Positions 1 through 11,657 of a stretch of DNA of 64,000 nt are shown piece after piece. The DNA is from Calditrichia bacterium (GTDB lineage Bacteria; Calditrichota; Calditrichia; JAJRVZ01), in the NCBI GenBank assembly GCA_963712885.1, contig CAVQJT010000010.1, forward strand, positions 68,249 through 132,248. The letters are read 5' to 3'. The translations under genes and the position numbers were made by a program. Under the pieces are notes generated by a model. It was not told where the DNA came from and ran no database searches. It was given only the letters and a program-made list of their open reading frames with translations. Numbering within the stretch: position 1 is the stretch's first letter; each line of letters starts with the position of its first letter.

Positions 1-560
1 TTTCCGGTTGCCGTTAATGATACGGTTTCGGTCAGACAGGATTCCGTAATCATTTTTGGCATCCTTGATAATGACACGGATCCGGACCGGCAGATAATCG
101 TTCTTGATACCCTGGGACAGGCTGCGCATGGTAAAGTCACACTCAATCCGGATAGTACAGTGACCTATAAACCGGAAACAGGTTTTTTCGGTACTGATTC
201 ATTCTTTTATACCATCAGAGATGAACTTGGCGCGGTTGACACCGGCTGGGTGATTATTACCGTAGAAATGATCAATAGCCTGATTAAAGATCCAACCACC
301 ACGATTGGCGGATATACCCTGTGGCAAAATTATCCAAACCCTTTTAATCCCTTTACTACCATTGAATTTAGTATATCAAAATCTGAATATGTAGAGACTA
401 AGGGTACTTGACCTGCTTGGCAAAGCTCTGATTACACTGGTATCAGGTAAACTGAATGCCGGGAATTATAGCTATCAGCTGGACGGCCGTAATCTGGCGA
501 GTGGCGTCTACTACTACCAGTCTGGTGGCAGGAGCGTACCGGGAAGTGAAGAAGATGGTT
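1..560 (+). CDS. 3' end of a secreted protein with a cadherin/Ig-like repeat (PVAVNDT..ILDNDTDPD..TYKPETGFFGTDSFFYTIRD) and a T9SS C-terminal sorting domain. The domain is read in three successive frames, so the gene is frameshifted or a pseudogene.
   Basis: Frame-1 ORF runs 1..411 and ends LWQNYPNPFNPFTTIEFS. The domain continues in another frame (LLGKALITLVSGKLNAGNYSYQLDGRNLASGVYYYQ), and a single extra T relative to the paralogous tail at 3600 shifts it again. Confidence 0.5.
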
Positions 561-918
561 TTACTAAAGTGATACGTTAAATATATTGTAACTAATTCTA
601 TATTTCTGACATAATTAACGGTACGTTATAGTAGTTTATGTTACTGTTATTATTAAGTATAGAGACGATTCGGGACCATGAGTCTCGTGAAACGGGATCT
701 CGCCCCGACTCATATCAAATTCGAAGCACGAAACTCGAAATCCGAAATAAATTCCAAACACCAAATCCCAAGCAAAATCCAAAATCTAAAATCATATCCA
801 ATATTCAAAATAATCTTCAATTACCAATTACCGATTACTAATTACTCGATTTTTTGTCATTCCGTAGGAATCTTCCTTCGTATACATTCAAGAAAGCAGT
901 AATTAAAAAGGTAATTGT
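492..918. repeat. Copy 1 of a direct repeat of about 430 bp (99% identical). It spans the last about 75 nt of a T9SS tail plus about 350 bp of downstream non-coding sequence. Weaker similarity continues to about 985.
   Basis: Compared base by base with 3586..4015; only about 5 differences, including the 1-nt indel in CCAG(T)CTGG. Confidence 0.9.
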
Positions 919-1116
919 CGAGGGCAAGATACTGCCCCACAGGCTGGGGCTGAATTCATGCGTATGGAGAGCCTGATCGTAAGAAAAAACTACATTGTCT
1001 CCTCAATTTAACGGTATATACGCTGCTTGGTAGAATAAAATTTGGTACATGGGACCTGATATCATATATTTATAATATATCCCTTTATTTCTATTCTTCT
1101 TGTAAGGAAATAAAAA

Positions 1117-3669
1117 ATGAAAAATTATGTTTGTGACCCGATCGCAATACTTTCTGTTCTGACAATTTTAGTAACGTCTGTTTCAGGTCAGGGGGTTCCG
1201 GACGATCCTGCCGGTGACATAAAAATGGAACGTGAAGCCTACATGAATGGTAACCGTGTTCTGCTCTATTTTCAGAATACCAGCGAAATGGCAAAATGGG
1301 CTGTGTCGACTATTGGTACAGGTTGGTCACGCTGGCCAAACACGATGGATGGTACACGCATGCTCGACGGTATGGCGTTTATGGTTGCAGCCAGGGTATA
1401 TCTGGAGAACGGCGACACCCCGGTGACCAGCCTCGAAGAGATCCGGAGCCGGAATGATCTGGATACTCTCTATTACCTCCAAACCAGCTATCGCGAGGAA
1501 ATGGACACGGACCCAACCGGGGCCATCGAGTGGGGATTTTATCCGGTTTATGGTTATTTCAACGAAAATAGTGAGTACCCGGCAATGAGTAATTTCCCTG
1601 TTTCCTGGCCACCTTCAGGATGGCCGGCACCGGGCAATACAACAAAATGGCCGGGTGAATGGAACGGCCGTTTTGGAAGAGGAGTGATCTACGCTGACCT
1701 GGAAACCTATTATGTTATTAACGATGCTCAGGATCAGGAATACCTGGGCCCGGATGACTCCGTAAAATATTACCCCAGACCAGGTGTTTATATCGGTGAC
1801 AAGAGACCAGACGTATCTATCCAATACGGTATGCCTTGGGGCGGGATCGGTCTGCGCGTTGAAGTACGTGGATTTCAATGGAATAATGAAGAAGCAAAAG
1901 ATATTATTTTTTGGGAATATACCTTATCCAACATTTCGGATTATGCCCTTCCGGAATTAGCCGTCGGTTTTTGGGTGGATAACGGAATTGGAGGTGAGAG
2001 TGACGACGAGAACGGATTCTATAATCTTGAGACCGAAATGACCTATTCATGGGATATCGATGGTATCGGCGCAGGTGGATTACCAACCGGTATCATGGGT
2101 TTTGCCATGCTCGAGTCACCGGCAATTTCCACAGACGGGATCGATAATGATAAAGACGGTCTGACCGATGAGCGAAAGGATAACAATGCTGGTATGCTCA
2201 TCGGACCCTACGATGGGATTAGCGATCTCAGTAAATTTCTTCAATTTTATAATATGAAAGAAGAAGACCTCAGGATGCATTTTGAAGGCGATGAAGACCA
2301 GGACTGGCTGGACGGTTTTGATAAAAATGGCAATGGATCTTATGCCTATTTTGACAGTACCGGCAATGGCTGGATGATTGAAAATGGTGAATTTGCCGGT
2401 GATGATGTAGGCCTCGATGGTGTGGGACCAGGTGATCTGAACTATAACGGTCCGGACCAGGGCGAGGGAAATCATAAGCCGGATTTAATTGCCGGCGTGG
2501 GTTGCGAGCCTAATTTCGGGTCAACCGATGCTAATGAAGGGGATATGATCGGAACAACAGCCTTCCGACTTTTTCCCGTACCTTCGCACCGCCCACCTTA
2601 TACATTCTGGTTCAAGAATGATAGATCGATGTGGGAATTGACCGGTGATAGTCAGATTGTCGAATATTCAGGTACTATCTCGAACTTGATAATGACTTTT
2701 GCCTCAGGTCCATTTACATTTTTCATGGGAACTACGGAAAGAATTTCTATAGCTGAGTTGCATGCCTATGACGAATTATCGGGATTGAACAGCGATGAAC
2801 ATCATGCCCCAAATCTTTATCAAACAAAAAAAAACGCGCAGAGAATTTATGAAAATGATTACCGCTTTAATATTCAATTTTCCAAAACGGTGGAAATTAC
2901 CGCCGGCCAAACAGATACGCTGGATGATATCGCCAATTCCGGTGCCTCGGTAAATGTGACGGCCGGGGATGATACGGTGACTGTTTCAATGATTTCCTAC
3001 CGTGATCATCCAATGTATACGGAGCCAATAGATCGGTCATTTATCACCGGGATTGGTAGATATATCGATGTTCTCGCTGATGGTGATATTTCATGGCCGG
3101 CAGAGATAAAAATATATTACACCGCTGAGGATCTTGCCCGTTCCGGTGTTCTAGAATCCGAACTACTGGGTATATATTATTGGGATAGTGACTATGAAGT
3201 ATGGAGATTATATTCGGGTTCAGGTGCGGATGATTTTGATCGCGGTACTTCAACAACCGGAATTGATACAAGGAATGCATATATCGAAAATCGTGAATAT
3301 GAGGGATTTGCCTGGACTAGCGCCTATCACTTGACGGCCATGCGCATCGGAACCGAAATTGATACGCTTGCCTCGGAAGTATGGGAAAGTATCCCGTTAA
3401 ATCCATGGAGTTATCGGTTGTATCAAAACTATCCTAACCCATTCAATCCAGCGACAGTGATCAGCTGGCAATTGGCAGTTGGCAGTCAGGTGGAACTGGC
3501 GGTATACAATCTGCTGGGGAAAAAAGTGGCAACTCTGGTATCCAAAAAAATGAATCCCGGGATCCATACCTATACATTCAACGGAAAAAATCTGGCGAGT
3601 GGCGTCTACTACTACCAGCTGGTGGCAGGAGCGTACCGGGAAGTGAAGAAGATGGTTTTACTAAAGTGA
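1117..3669 (+). CDS. Secreted 850-aa protein with a signal peptide, Asp/Gly-rich Ca-binding-like loops (DGIDNDKDGLTDERKDNN; DGFDKNGNGSY) and an intact T9SS C-terminal domain. Function unknown.
   Basis: Good RBS (AAGGAAA). N-terminal hydrophobic signal. C-terminus is LYQNYPNPFNPATVISWQLAVGSQVELAVYNLLGKKVATLVS...YYYQLVAGAYREVKKMVLLK. Confidence 0.8.
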   Translation: MKNYVCDPIAILSVLTILVTSVSGQGVPDDPAGDIKMEREAYMNGNRVLLYFQNTSEMAKWAVSTIGTGWSRWPNTMDGTRMLDGMAFMVAARVYLENGDTPVTSLEEIRSRNDLDTLYYLQTSYREEMDTDPTGAIEWGFYPVYGYFNENSEYPAMSNFPVSWPPSGWPAPGNTTKWPGEWNGRFGRGVIYADLETYYVINDAQDQEYLGPDDSVKYYPRPGVYIGDKRPDVSIQYGMPWGGIGLRVEVRGFQWNNEEAKDIIFWEYTLSNISDYALPELAVGFWVDNGIGGESDDENGFYNLETEMTYSWDIDGIGAGGLPTGIMGFAMLESPAISTDGIDNDKDGLTDERKDNNAGMLIGPYDGISDLSKFLQFYNMKEEDLRMHFEGDEDQDWLDGFDKNGNGSYAYFDSTGNGWMIENGEFAGDDVGLDGVGPGDLNYNGPDQGEGNHKPDLIAGVGCEPNFGSTDANEGDMIGTTAFRLFPVPSHRPPYTFWFKNDRSMWELTGDSQIVEYSGTISNLIMTFASGPFTFFMGTTERISIAELHAYDELSGLNSDEHHAPNLYQTKKNAQRIYENDYRFNIQFSKTVEITAGQTDTLDDIANSGASVNVTAGDDTVTVSMISYRDHPMYTEPIDRSFITGIGRYIDVLADGDISWPAEIKIYYTAEDLARSGVLESELLGIYYWDSDYEVWRLYSGSGADDFDRGTSTTGIDTRNAYIENREYEGFAWTSAYHLTAMRIGTEIDTLASEVWESIPLNPWSYRLYQNYPNPFNPATVISWQLAVGSQVELAVYNLLGKKVATLVSKKMNPGIHTYTFNGKNLASGVYYYQLVAGAYREVKKMVLLK

Positions 3670-4015
3670 TACGTTAAATATATTGTAACTAATTCTATAT
3701 TTCTGACATAATTAACGGTACGTTATAGTAGTTTATGTTACTGTTATTATTAAGCATAGAGACGATTCGGGACCATGAGTCTCGTGAAACGGGATCTCGC
3801 CCCGACTCATATCAAATTCGAAGCACGAAACTCGAAATCCGAAATAAATTCCAAACACCAAATCCCAAGCAAAATCCAAAATCTAAAATCATATCCAATA
3901 TTCAAAATAATCTTCAATTACCAATTACCGATTACTAATTACTCAATTTTTTGTCATTCTGTAGGAATCTTCCTTCGTATACATTCAAGAAAGCAGTAAT
4001 TAAAAAGGTAATTGT
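3586..4015. repeat. Copy 2 of the 430-bp direct repeat (partner of 492..918).
   Basis: Near-identical sequence. Both copies contain the A-rich AAATCC tract and the CCAATTACCGATTACTAATTACT heptad block. Confidence 0.9.
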
Positions 4016-4373
4016 CAAGTGCAGGGTGATTCCACCGGCTAGTGCAGAATTTATGCGGGTTGAAAGCCTGGTTGTTAAATGAATATATACTGGGAAGCTA
4101 ACTCCTCCCTTTATTTTATATAAAATTTGCCGTTATTATATTTTCCTTTGCACTTTTTATTTTAAATATTATATTCTTTCACATCCTACCTTATACTCAA
4201 AATGAGACAGACTTAGGTAAATTATTAAATACCGAAAAGCAAAAACAATAATTAATTAAAAATATAACTGCAAGACCAATGGTGTTGTATAAACAAATTA
4301 TATTTTATCGATTATGTTTTAAAAATCATGATGGTCAATCACGCTTTATGGACTAACCATGAAGGAGATTCAC

Positions 4374-4970
4374 ATGAAAATTTCACAGATGTTTAGTTTT
4401 ATCCTGATCATTTGTTTTTTCTCGGTGACTACCATATCTGCTCAAGGTCTTACGACCAAGGGATTGAAAGGCGGTCTCAGTCTGGCAAGTTTTATCGGTT
4501 CTGATGCCTCGATAGGGACTGTTGATCCCTCGATGGATGTAAAATTTGCGGTCGGCGGATTTTTGAATTTTGAAGTTAATGAGCAATTTTCAATCCGGCC
4601 AGAAGCATACTATTCATCCAAAGGGGCCAAATATGAGGAGGGGGGCGATAAACTGACTTTTACCATGAATTATATTGATATTCCGGTGCTCTTTGTTTTA
4701 AAGGCCGGTGACAATTTTGGGATTTTTGCCGGCCCTCAACTGGGAATTTATTTGAATGGGAAAATTAAGTCAGACGGTGCATCTGGAGATATCGAAAGCG
4801 ATAATGTAACCAGTCCTGAATTTGAACTGGTCTTTGGTGCGAATTATTTTTTTAATCAGTTCCATATCGACGCCAGATATGCAATGGGAATATCAAAGAT
4901 ATTCGATGTTTCCAGTAACGATGATGTAAGACATGGGGTCATTCAGATCCTTTTCGGAATAGCCCTTTAA
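4374..4970 (+). CDS. Outer-membrane beta-barrel protein of the OMP_b-brl_2 / PorT-like porin family.
   Basis: Signal peptide, alternating amphipathic beta-strands, aromatic-rich C-terminus. RBS AGGAG is 7 nt before the internal ATG at 4374, so the start was moved from 4359. Confidence 0.7.
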   Translation: MKISQMFSFILIICFFSVTTISAQGLTTKGLKGGLSLASFIGSDASIGTVDPSMDVKFAVGGFLNFEVNEQFSIRPEAYYSSKGAKYEEGGDKLTFTMNYIDIPVLFVLKAGDNFGIFAGPQLGIYLNGKIKSDGASGDIESDNVTSPEFELVFGANYFFNQFHIDARYAMGISKIFDVSSNDDVRHGVIQILFGIAL

Positions 4971-5344
4971 TTTAACAATCTTTTTCGAATCAGAAATTAT
5001 TTTCCTTCAGTCTTGTATCCGTTGGCGATACACTGAATTTACTATTTTACTCTCTATCTGAATACTTATATTCTAGTTCATCTTCTTCATAGTACGGTAT
5101 CCGACACATGTTCCAGTCATTAATTTTTGACCCTGCAAACAAACGACAGATCTTATTCTATTTATATGAGCAATTTACCGGAAGCCTGATGCCTATCAAT
5201 AGGGGCGACAGCATGCCGGATCGAATGACATTTTTTCTGAATTATTTGGTTCATGTGAAAACTTAATCTATTGATTTAATTAATGTGTAATAAATACCGA
5301 TAAGCCTGGAAGCTATCTTTAAATCGAATGCAAAAGGAGGTAAT

Positions 5345-6533
5345 ATGGTAAAGAAATTCATGCCATTTTTCATTTTTTGTAGTTCTATATTGGTCATCAT
5401 CGGAATCTTAAACGCGCAGGAAGGGAACACGGATTTCAATGATCTGGCAAAACGGCTTGTAAGTCAAAGTGCAAATGTCCAGGAAGGTGAGCACGTCCTG
5501 ATTTACGGAAGTGTGCGTGATATGGCACTAATGGAAGAGATTGCTCTTGAAGTGCGCAAAACAGGCGCCTTTCCGTTAATTCAGGTTGGTAGCGAACCAT
5601 TGAGTTGGCGGATGTTTAGTGAAACGCCTAAAAAATACGACAGCCAACCCCGGACATTGGGTCTTAAAATCAGCTGAAATATTTGATGTCCAGATCATGG
5701 TGAGCGTTGGTGATAACCTGAATCTGTTTGCCGAAGCCGATCCCGAACGGCTTGCGGCAAACGGCAAAGCATTTGAACCGGTGAATGCCCTTTATGTAAA
5801 ACGTAATGTCCGTGGTGTGTCTATCGGTAATGAGATGTACCCCACCAAAAATCTGGCCAAACGCTGGAATGTACCCTTTGAAAAACTGAAAAAAATGTTC
5901 TGGCAGGGAGTTACTGCCGATTATAAACAGGTCGAAGCAACAGGTATGCAATTCAGGAAAAAATTATCCACCGGCAAAGAACTTCATCTTATACACTCGA
6001 ATGGAACAGACCTTAAAATTAATATCGAAAATCGCCCGGTAATCGTAAGCGATGGAATTATTTCTCAAGATGATATGAAAGCCGGATATGCAGCGGTCCA
6101 GGTCTACCTGCCGGCCGGTGAGGTGATTGTTGCCCCGGTGCCTGGTACCGCCCAGGGAAAAGTCGTCATAGACCGGATGTTCTATTCAGGAAAGGAAGTC
6201 AACGGACTTACGCTGACCTTTGAAAATGGCAAACTGGTATCGATGACATCCGAATCGGATATTAGCCGTATCAAAGCAGATTATGATGCCGCCGGTGCAG
6301 GCAAAGAATCTTTCGGAGAAATTGATATAGGGATAAATCCGGATATCCAAATACTTCCCGACAGCAAAATGACATCCTGGGTACCGTCCGGGATGGTAAC
6401 CGTCGGAATTGGCAATAACACATGGGCCGGCGGTGATAACAATACCAGTTACGCATTGTTTGGACATATTGCCGGTTCGACGGTAAAAGTTGACGGAAAG
6501 ACTCTGGTCGAAGACGGTAAATTAAATCTCTGA
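5345..6533 (+). CDS. Secreted M29-family aminopeptidase (AmpS/aminopeptidase T-like), split by a frameshift near 5620-5680.
   Basis: Two overlapping ORFs, 5345..5677 and 5619..6533. The N-terminal part (LAKRLVSQSANVQEGEHVLIYG) and the long C-terminal part resemble M29 peptidases. Strong RBS AAGGAGG. Confidence 0.55.
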
Positions 6534-6948
6534 CACAGAGGAATACATCAAAAAGATGAGCTTCCTGTTTATCAGCATGATGTTTTCGTAAACAATTAAG
6601 AATATTTTCAGTTCTGACATTATTTTCGTGAATCTTCGGGACTTCGCGTGGTCCCTCGTGTAATTTTCATATATCCGCTTTATCCCGGCTAAAAATTTCT
6701 CTCGTAACACTATTACACTCCTGCATTGCATTGCACCGATCCATTTCAATTCAAACACGGCGGTGATGCAGATTTTTACCCGGGAGCCGGCTGATTCTGC
6801 GGGCAAACTGACTTTTAAGCCGAGATTTAAAAGTATTGATCCGATTTACAGATGAATGTAAATTAAAAGCTTTATCCGAATCGTGATTTAGACGATTTTA
6901 ATTCAAGAAAGGTAAACCGTCAGGGTTACAAGAGACCGGAGTCAATGA

Positions 6949-9417
6949 ATGTCTATTCCCGTAAAAAAAATAGAAAAAAAATGGAAAAAGTACTGGGAGG
7001 AGCATAAAACCTACCAGATTGACCTCGAAGATGCCCAGAATAAATGCTATTGTCTGGTCATGTTTCCGTACCCCTCGGCTGATAAACTCCATCTGGGTCA
7101 CTGGTTCAATTATGCACCGGCCGATACATGGGCCCGTTTTAAAAGGATGCGGGGGCTAAAAGTATTTCACCCAATGGGTTTTGATGCCTTTGGTCTTCCG
7201 GCGGAAAATTACGCGGTGAAGACCGGTGTGCATCCAAGCGAAACCACCAAAACAAATGTCGATTTCATCCGCAATCAACTTAAGGAAATCGGCGCCATCT
7301 ACGATTGGAACTATGAGGTCAATACCAGCCATCCCGATTATTATAAATGGACTCAATGGCTTTTCCTTCAGTTTTTCAAACACGACCTGGCATACAAACG
7401 GGAAGCGCCGGTGAACTGGGATCCGGTTGACCAGACCGTTCTGGCTAACGAACAGGTTCTGCCGGACGGCACCGCGGAGCGCTCCGGCGCAAAAGTAGAA
7501 AAAAAGATGATGTCACAGTGGTTCCTGAGCATCACAAACTATGCCGATCGTCTCCTCGAAGGGCTCGACCGGATCGACTGGCCTGAAAAGACAAAACTGA
7601 TGCAGAAAAACTGGATCGGTAAAAGCCACGGTGCCGAAGTGGACTTTATCATCGATACCCCTGAAAAGGAAACCGTAACCGTCTTTACCACCAGACCGGA
7701 CACCCTTTTTGGGGCAACTTATCTCGTACTGGCTCCGGAACACGTGTTGGTTGAAAAAATCACCACACCGCCCCGGAAAGCAGCGGTGGACAAATATATC
7801 AGAGAGAGTATGTCGGTCAGCGAAATTGAGCGGACATCCACGATTCGTGACAAAACCGGGGTATTTACCGGTGCATATGCAATCAATCCGGTAAATCAGG
7901 AGAAGATTCCGGTATGGATCGCCGACTATGTGCTGGTGACTTATGGCACCGGTGCGATTATGGCCGTTCCGGCCCATGATGAACGTGATTTTGAATTTGC
8001 CACCAAGTTCGAGTTGCCGATTAGAAAAGTGATTCTCGCTGAAGGATCTGATCCGGACGCCACCCTTAAAACTGCTTACTGTGATACAGGGATCATGATA
8101 AATTCGGGCACATACAATGGACTGAATTCAGACAAAGGAATTGAGAAAATCACCGATGATCTGGAAAAACGCGGTATCGGGAAGCGTTCCATAAAGTATA
8201 AATTCCGCGACTGGCTCATCTCGCGTCAAAGATACTGGGGTGTACCGATACCGATCATTTACTGCGAAACATGTGGAACCGTACCGGTGCCGGAAGAGGA
8301 TTTACCGGTGCTGCTGCCTGATGTGGTCGATTTCAAGCCCAAAGGGGTTCCGCCGCTGGCCACTGCCCGGGAGTTCGTCCATACCTCCTGTCCCCGCTGC
8401 AAGGGGCCGGGAAAGCGGGAAGTAGAGACCATGGATACATTCGTCGATTCTTCGTGGTATTTTCTGCGTTACACGAGCAATCGTGAGGCCGATCGTCCCT
8501 GGAATCCCACCTTGGTGAAAAAGTGGCTGCCGGTGGATCAGTATATCGGTGGGGTGGACCATGCCACCATGCATCTGCTGTATGCCCGGTTCTTTGTCAT
8601 GGCTTTATATGATATGGGGCATCTGCCGTTTGAGGAACCATTTAAAAACCTTGTACATCAGGGTATTATCAAGGGACCCGACGGCATGCGTATGTCCAAA
8701 TCCCGAGGAAATGTGGTCAATCCCGAGGAATATCTCAGCAAGTTTGGCAGTGATGTTTTCCGCTGCTACCTGATGTTTGGCTTTGATTTTAACGCCGGTG
8801 GCCCGTGGGATGATTCCGGTATTGCCGCACTGGATAAATTTATCCACCGTACCTGGCGCATTATAATGGATACTCTGGATCAGATCGAAAAACCGCAAAA
8901 TGAAAAAATATTCGATGAACCCGAGCAGAATCTGAATACCGTGATGCACAATTCCATAAAAGGGGCAACAATCGATATCGATCGCTTTCATTTCAATACC
9001 GCCATCAGCAGGATCATGGAACTGGTCAACGAATTATACCGGTATAACAACGATGTAGCTAAGGCCAGAAAGAACACCGTTTTATATCGCACAGCTATAA
9101 AAAACACCATATTGCTTCTTGCGCCTTTCGCACCGCATCTGGCAGAGGAAATGTGGGAGAAGATCGGGGGGAAACCGTCAATCTTTGACCAGTCCTGGCC
9201 CGAATATGATCAACATGCGCTGAGAAAAGATGTTCTGACCTGGGTCATCCAGATAAATGGCAAAATCCGGGAGAAAGCAGAAGGGAAGGCGGAAATGAGC
9301 AGGGAAGAGGCCGAACAATTTGCCCTGCAAACCGGCCGGATCCCGGAATTATTAAGCGGAAAAGAAATCAGGAAGATCATCATCGTTCCGAAGAAACTGA
9401 TCAATATTGTGATTTGA
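6949..9417 (+). CDS. leuS: Leucine--tRNA ligase.
   Basis: 822 aa. Class I HIGH-type motif ([11 protein letters not shown]), KMSKS motif (RMSKSRGN) and the editing-domain region. Confidence 0.95.
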   Translation: MSIPVKKIEKKWKKYWEEHKTYQIDLEDAQNKCYCLVMFPYPSADKLHLGHWFNYAPADTWARFKRMRGLKVFHPMGFDAFGLPAENYAVKTGVHPSETTKTNVDFIRNQLKEIGAIYDWNYEVNTSHPDYYKWTQWLFLQFFKHDLAYKREAPVNWDPVDQTVLANEQVLPDGTAERSGAKVEKKMMSQWFLSITNYADRLLEGLDRIDWPEKTKLMQKNWIGKSHGAEVDFIIDTPEKETVTVFTTRPDTLFGATYLVLAPEHVLVEKITTPPRKAAVDKYIRESMSVSEIERTSTIRDKTGVFTGAYAINPVNQEKIPVWIADYVLVTYGTGAIMAVPAHDERDFEFATKFELPIRKVILAEGSDPDATLKTAYCDTGIMINSGTYNGLNSDKGIEKITDDLEKRGIGKRSIKYKFRDWLISRQRYWGVPIPIIYCETCGTVPVPEEDLPVLLPDVVDFKPKGVPPLATAREFVHTSCPRCKGPGKREVETMDTFVDSSWYFLRYTSNREADRPWNPTLVKKWLPVDQYIGGVDHATMHLLYARFFVMALYDMGHLPFEEPFKNLVHQGIIKGPDGMRMSKSRGNVVNPEEYLSKFGSDVFRCYLMFGFDFNAGGPWDDSGIAALDKFIHRTWRIIMDTLDQIEKPQNEKIFDEPEQNLNTVMHNSIKGATIDIDRFHFNTAISRIMELVNELYRYNNDVAKARKNTVLYRTAIKNTILLLAPFAPHLAEEMWEKIGGKPSIFDQSWPEYDQHALRKDVLTWVIQINGKIREKAEGKAEMSREEAEQFALQTGRIPELLSGKEIRKIIIVPKKLINIVI

Positions 9418-10898
9418 TTGCGCTAATTCAAAATGTGCCTACCTCAGACTGGGCCACAGTTTTTGTGGCCTGCTGTTTTTTATTGCTGATCTTAATCTCG
9501 ATCGAACTGATCAATAAATGGTTTCAATGGAAAAGGGTCTACCTGCGTAAATTTGTCCATATTTTTGTCGGACTGCTGATCTGCATAACCTCGCTCCTGA
9601 TCGAAAATAAAATTCCAATCCTTCTGATCGCCGGGATATTTACCCTCTTTGACTGGTGGGCGGTCAGGAACCGGCACCTGAAAAGCATTCATCTCAACGG
9701 GCAATCCTATGGAACGGTTTATTATCCCATTTCCATATTTTTACTTGCCCTATTGCTCTGGGATGCACACAAGGCGATCTTTCTGGTGTCCATCCTGATC
9801 ATGATCGTACCGGACGCGCTCGCAGGATTAGCAGGGATGCGCTTTGCCAACAATCATTATGTTATCCTGACTGAAAAAAAATCGATTCCGGGCGCCCTTG
9901 CCATGTTCTTTTCCAGCACGATCATATTCTTTTTTGCCTATAACAGTTATTTTAATAAAGATATATGGTTCAGCATGTCCGCTGCTGTCCTTACCGGTAT
10001 CGCCATTTCAGCAGCCGAATTGTTATCCCATAAAGGCTCGGACAATTTATCGGTACCACTGTTGACTGCCATGGTGATGTATGCCTTTTTGCAGGACGAA
10101 GTCATGTATGCGCAGCTGTCTCTTGGCATCCTGATGGCCATGGTTGTCAGTATGCTCAGTTATCGGGTTAAATTTCTGGATCTCAGCGGGGCATTCGGGG
10201 CTTTTCTCCTGGGTCTGGTAATTTTTGGATTTGGTGGATGGTTGTTCACCATTCCGATTTTATTTTTTTATCTCTCTTCCAGTCTGTTGTCGAACCTGGG
10301 TAAACGGCAGAAGCAACGTTTTGAGGCCTCCTTCGAGAAAACCGGGACACGCGACGTATACCAGGTACTTGCAAACGGAGTTATTCCCGGCATACTTGTT
10401 CTGATTTATTATTTTTACCCGTTGCCATTGTACTTTTATATGTTTCTCGCCGCACTTGCGACCGCTACAGCCGATACCTGGGCAACTGAAATCGGCGTAT
10501 TCTCGGGATCTAATCCGAGGCTCATCACAACAATGGAAAGGGTAGAGCCGGGCAGATCGGGGGCCATATCTGTTAAGGGGCTGGTAGCTGCATTTGCAGG
10601 CAGTTTGGCTATTTCTTATACCGGTATATTAATGTTTTCTGGACCGATACAGACCTTTGTTGTCGTTGCATGGATAACAATAGCAGGATTTTTAGGTAAT
10701 ATATTCGACAGCATCGTTGGCGCCTCAATTCAGGCACAGTTCCGGTGCCGGATTTGTCTGAAGCACACAGAACGAAAAATACACTGTGGTAAAATAACCG
10801 ATCATATTTCAGGAAAATCATTTTTGAACAACGACTTTGTGAATTTTTTTTCGATATTATTTGGCGTTATAATACTGATCATTTTATACGGTTATTAA
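9414..10898 (+). CDS. Polytopic membrane protein fusing a CTP-dependent polyprenol/phytol/dolichol kinase-like domain (N-terminal half) with a DUF92/TIGR00297-type domain (C-terminal half).
   Basis: Many TM helices. N-terminal half has [11 protein letters not shown]-type motifs, like the VTE5/DolK kinase family. C-terminal half (GAFGAFLLG...[15 protein letters not shown]...RSGAISVKG) matches the DUF92 family to which VTE6 belongs. Overlaps leuS by 4 bp. Start codon (TTG/GTG) uncertain. Confidence 0.6.
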   Translation: MIALIQNVPTSDWATVFVACCFLLLILISIELINKWFQWKRVYLRKFVHIFVGLLICITSLLIENKIPILLIAGIFTLFDWWAVRNRHLKSIHLNGQSYGTVYYPISIFLLALLLWDAHKAIFLVSILIMIVPDALAGLAGMRFANNHYVILTEKKSIPGALAMFFSSTIIFFFAYNSYFNKDIWFSMSAAVLTGIAISAAELLSHKGSDNLSVPLLTAMVMYAFLQDEVMYAQLSLGILMAMVVSMLSYRVKFLDLSGAFGAFLLGLVIFGFGGWLFTIPILFFYLSSSLLSNLGKRQKQRFEASFEKTGTRDVYQVLANGVIPGILVLIYYFYPLPLYFYMFLAALATATADTWATEIGVFSGSNPRLITTMERVEPGRSGAISVKGLVAAFAGSLAISYTGILMFSGPIQTFVVVAWITIAGFLGNIFDSIVGASIQAQFRCRICLKHTERKIHCGKITDHISGKSFLNNDFVNFFSILFGVIILIILYGY

Positions 10899-10996
10899 TA
10901 ACCGAAGCCTGATCCGGCCAGTTATCTTGTAAAAATTCCTAATTACTAATTCCTAATTTATTATATTAGAAGTATTAAAAATTGGACTGATCGATC

Positions 10997-11275
10997 ATGT
11001 GGTATGCATTAACAGAAAATCCGGTTCGGAGAACCAGAAAAGAAATGCGCAAGGAATTCATGGCTGCGCGATATGAGATCATTTTTTATGCGGAGACACG
11101 TGAATTACTGGAAGAAAAATTGAACAGGAACATAAATGAATTCCCGGAGAAGATGTCCAGATATCTTGAGGCGGGCATAAAGTTTGTTGAAGCGGAGAAT
11201 ACGGCCCAGGCCAAAAGGAGAGCACCGGCAGTTCATATCTATTTTGACCAGCGCGGCCAGTACAAATTTCTATAA
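10997..11275 (+). CDS. Hypothetical 92-aa protein.
   Basis: ORF only; weak RBS. Confidence 0.3.
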   Translation: MWYALTENPVRRTRKEMRKEFMAARYEIIFYAETRELLEEKLNRNINEFPEKMSRYLEAGIKFVEAENTAQAKRRAPAVHIYFDQRGQYKFL

Positions 11276-11657
11276 ACCGGTTTAAATTTCCCGTATAATT
11301 GTTATATAATATATATTATGTAAACTATAGTATTGATATAGTTTACGCCTATCTATTTGTTTATACTTTGGTTGTGTTTGTTGTTGTCCTGAGGGTTTTT
11401 CATTCTTTCACTCTCCTGCCATTTTGTCCGATATTATGCTTTTTGTTATATTTTGGACTTCCCTATAAATAAATAGAATACCCGCATCCATTAAAAAATC
11501 ATAACATGAATGATAATGTATTTAATCTTTTTTGTTGTTCTGTAAGGATGCGGGCCAAAAAGTTGATCGGTTTGGCGGCAAAGATAATAATCTGTTGCCC
11601 AAAATAATTGAAATACCGGATACATTTTTATAAATTTTATGAAACAAGGAGTGTTAT

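Noticed and set aside
638-902. ORFs 638..841 and 678..902, and their duplicates 3735..3938 and 3775..3999, inside the 430-bp repeat.
   Set aside because: Their translations are low-complexity (KS/NP/Q-rich) reflections of the A-rich AAATCC tract. There is no RBS, and two overlapping frames are both open. Non-coding is the better reading.
6522-6948. Leader or T-box-like element upstream of leuS.
   Set aside because: Small hairpins are present (GGGACttcgcgtgGTCCC), but I could not identify a specifier loop or T-box consensus. Shine-Dalgarno-using Gram-negative lineages typically lack T-boxes on leuS.
11276-11657. A CsrB/RsmZ-type decoy sRNA next to csrA.
   Set aside because: Only about four GGA motifs in 380 nt, and they are not concentrated in predicted hairpin loops. 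This is insufficient for a Csr-sequestering RNA call, so it is kept only as a low-interest note.
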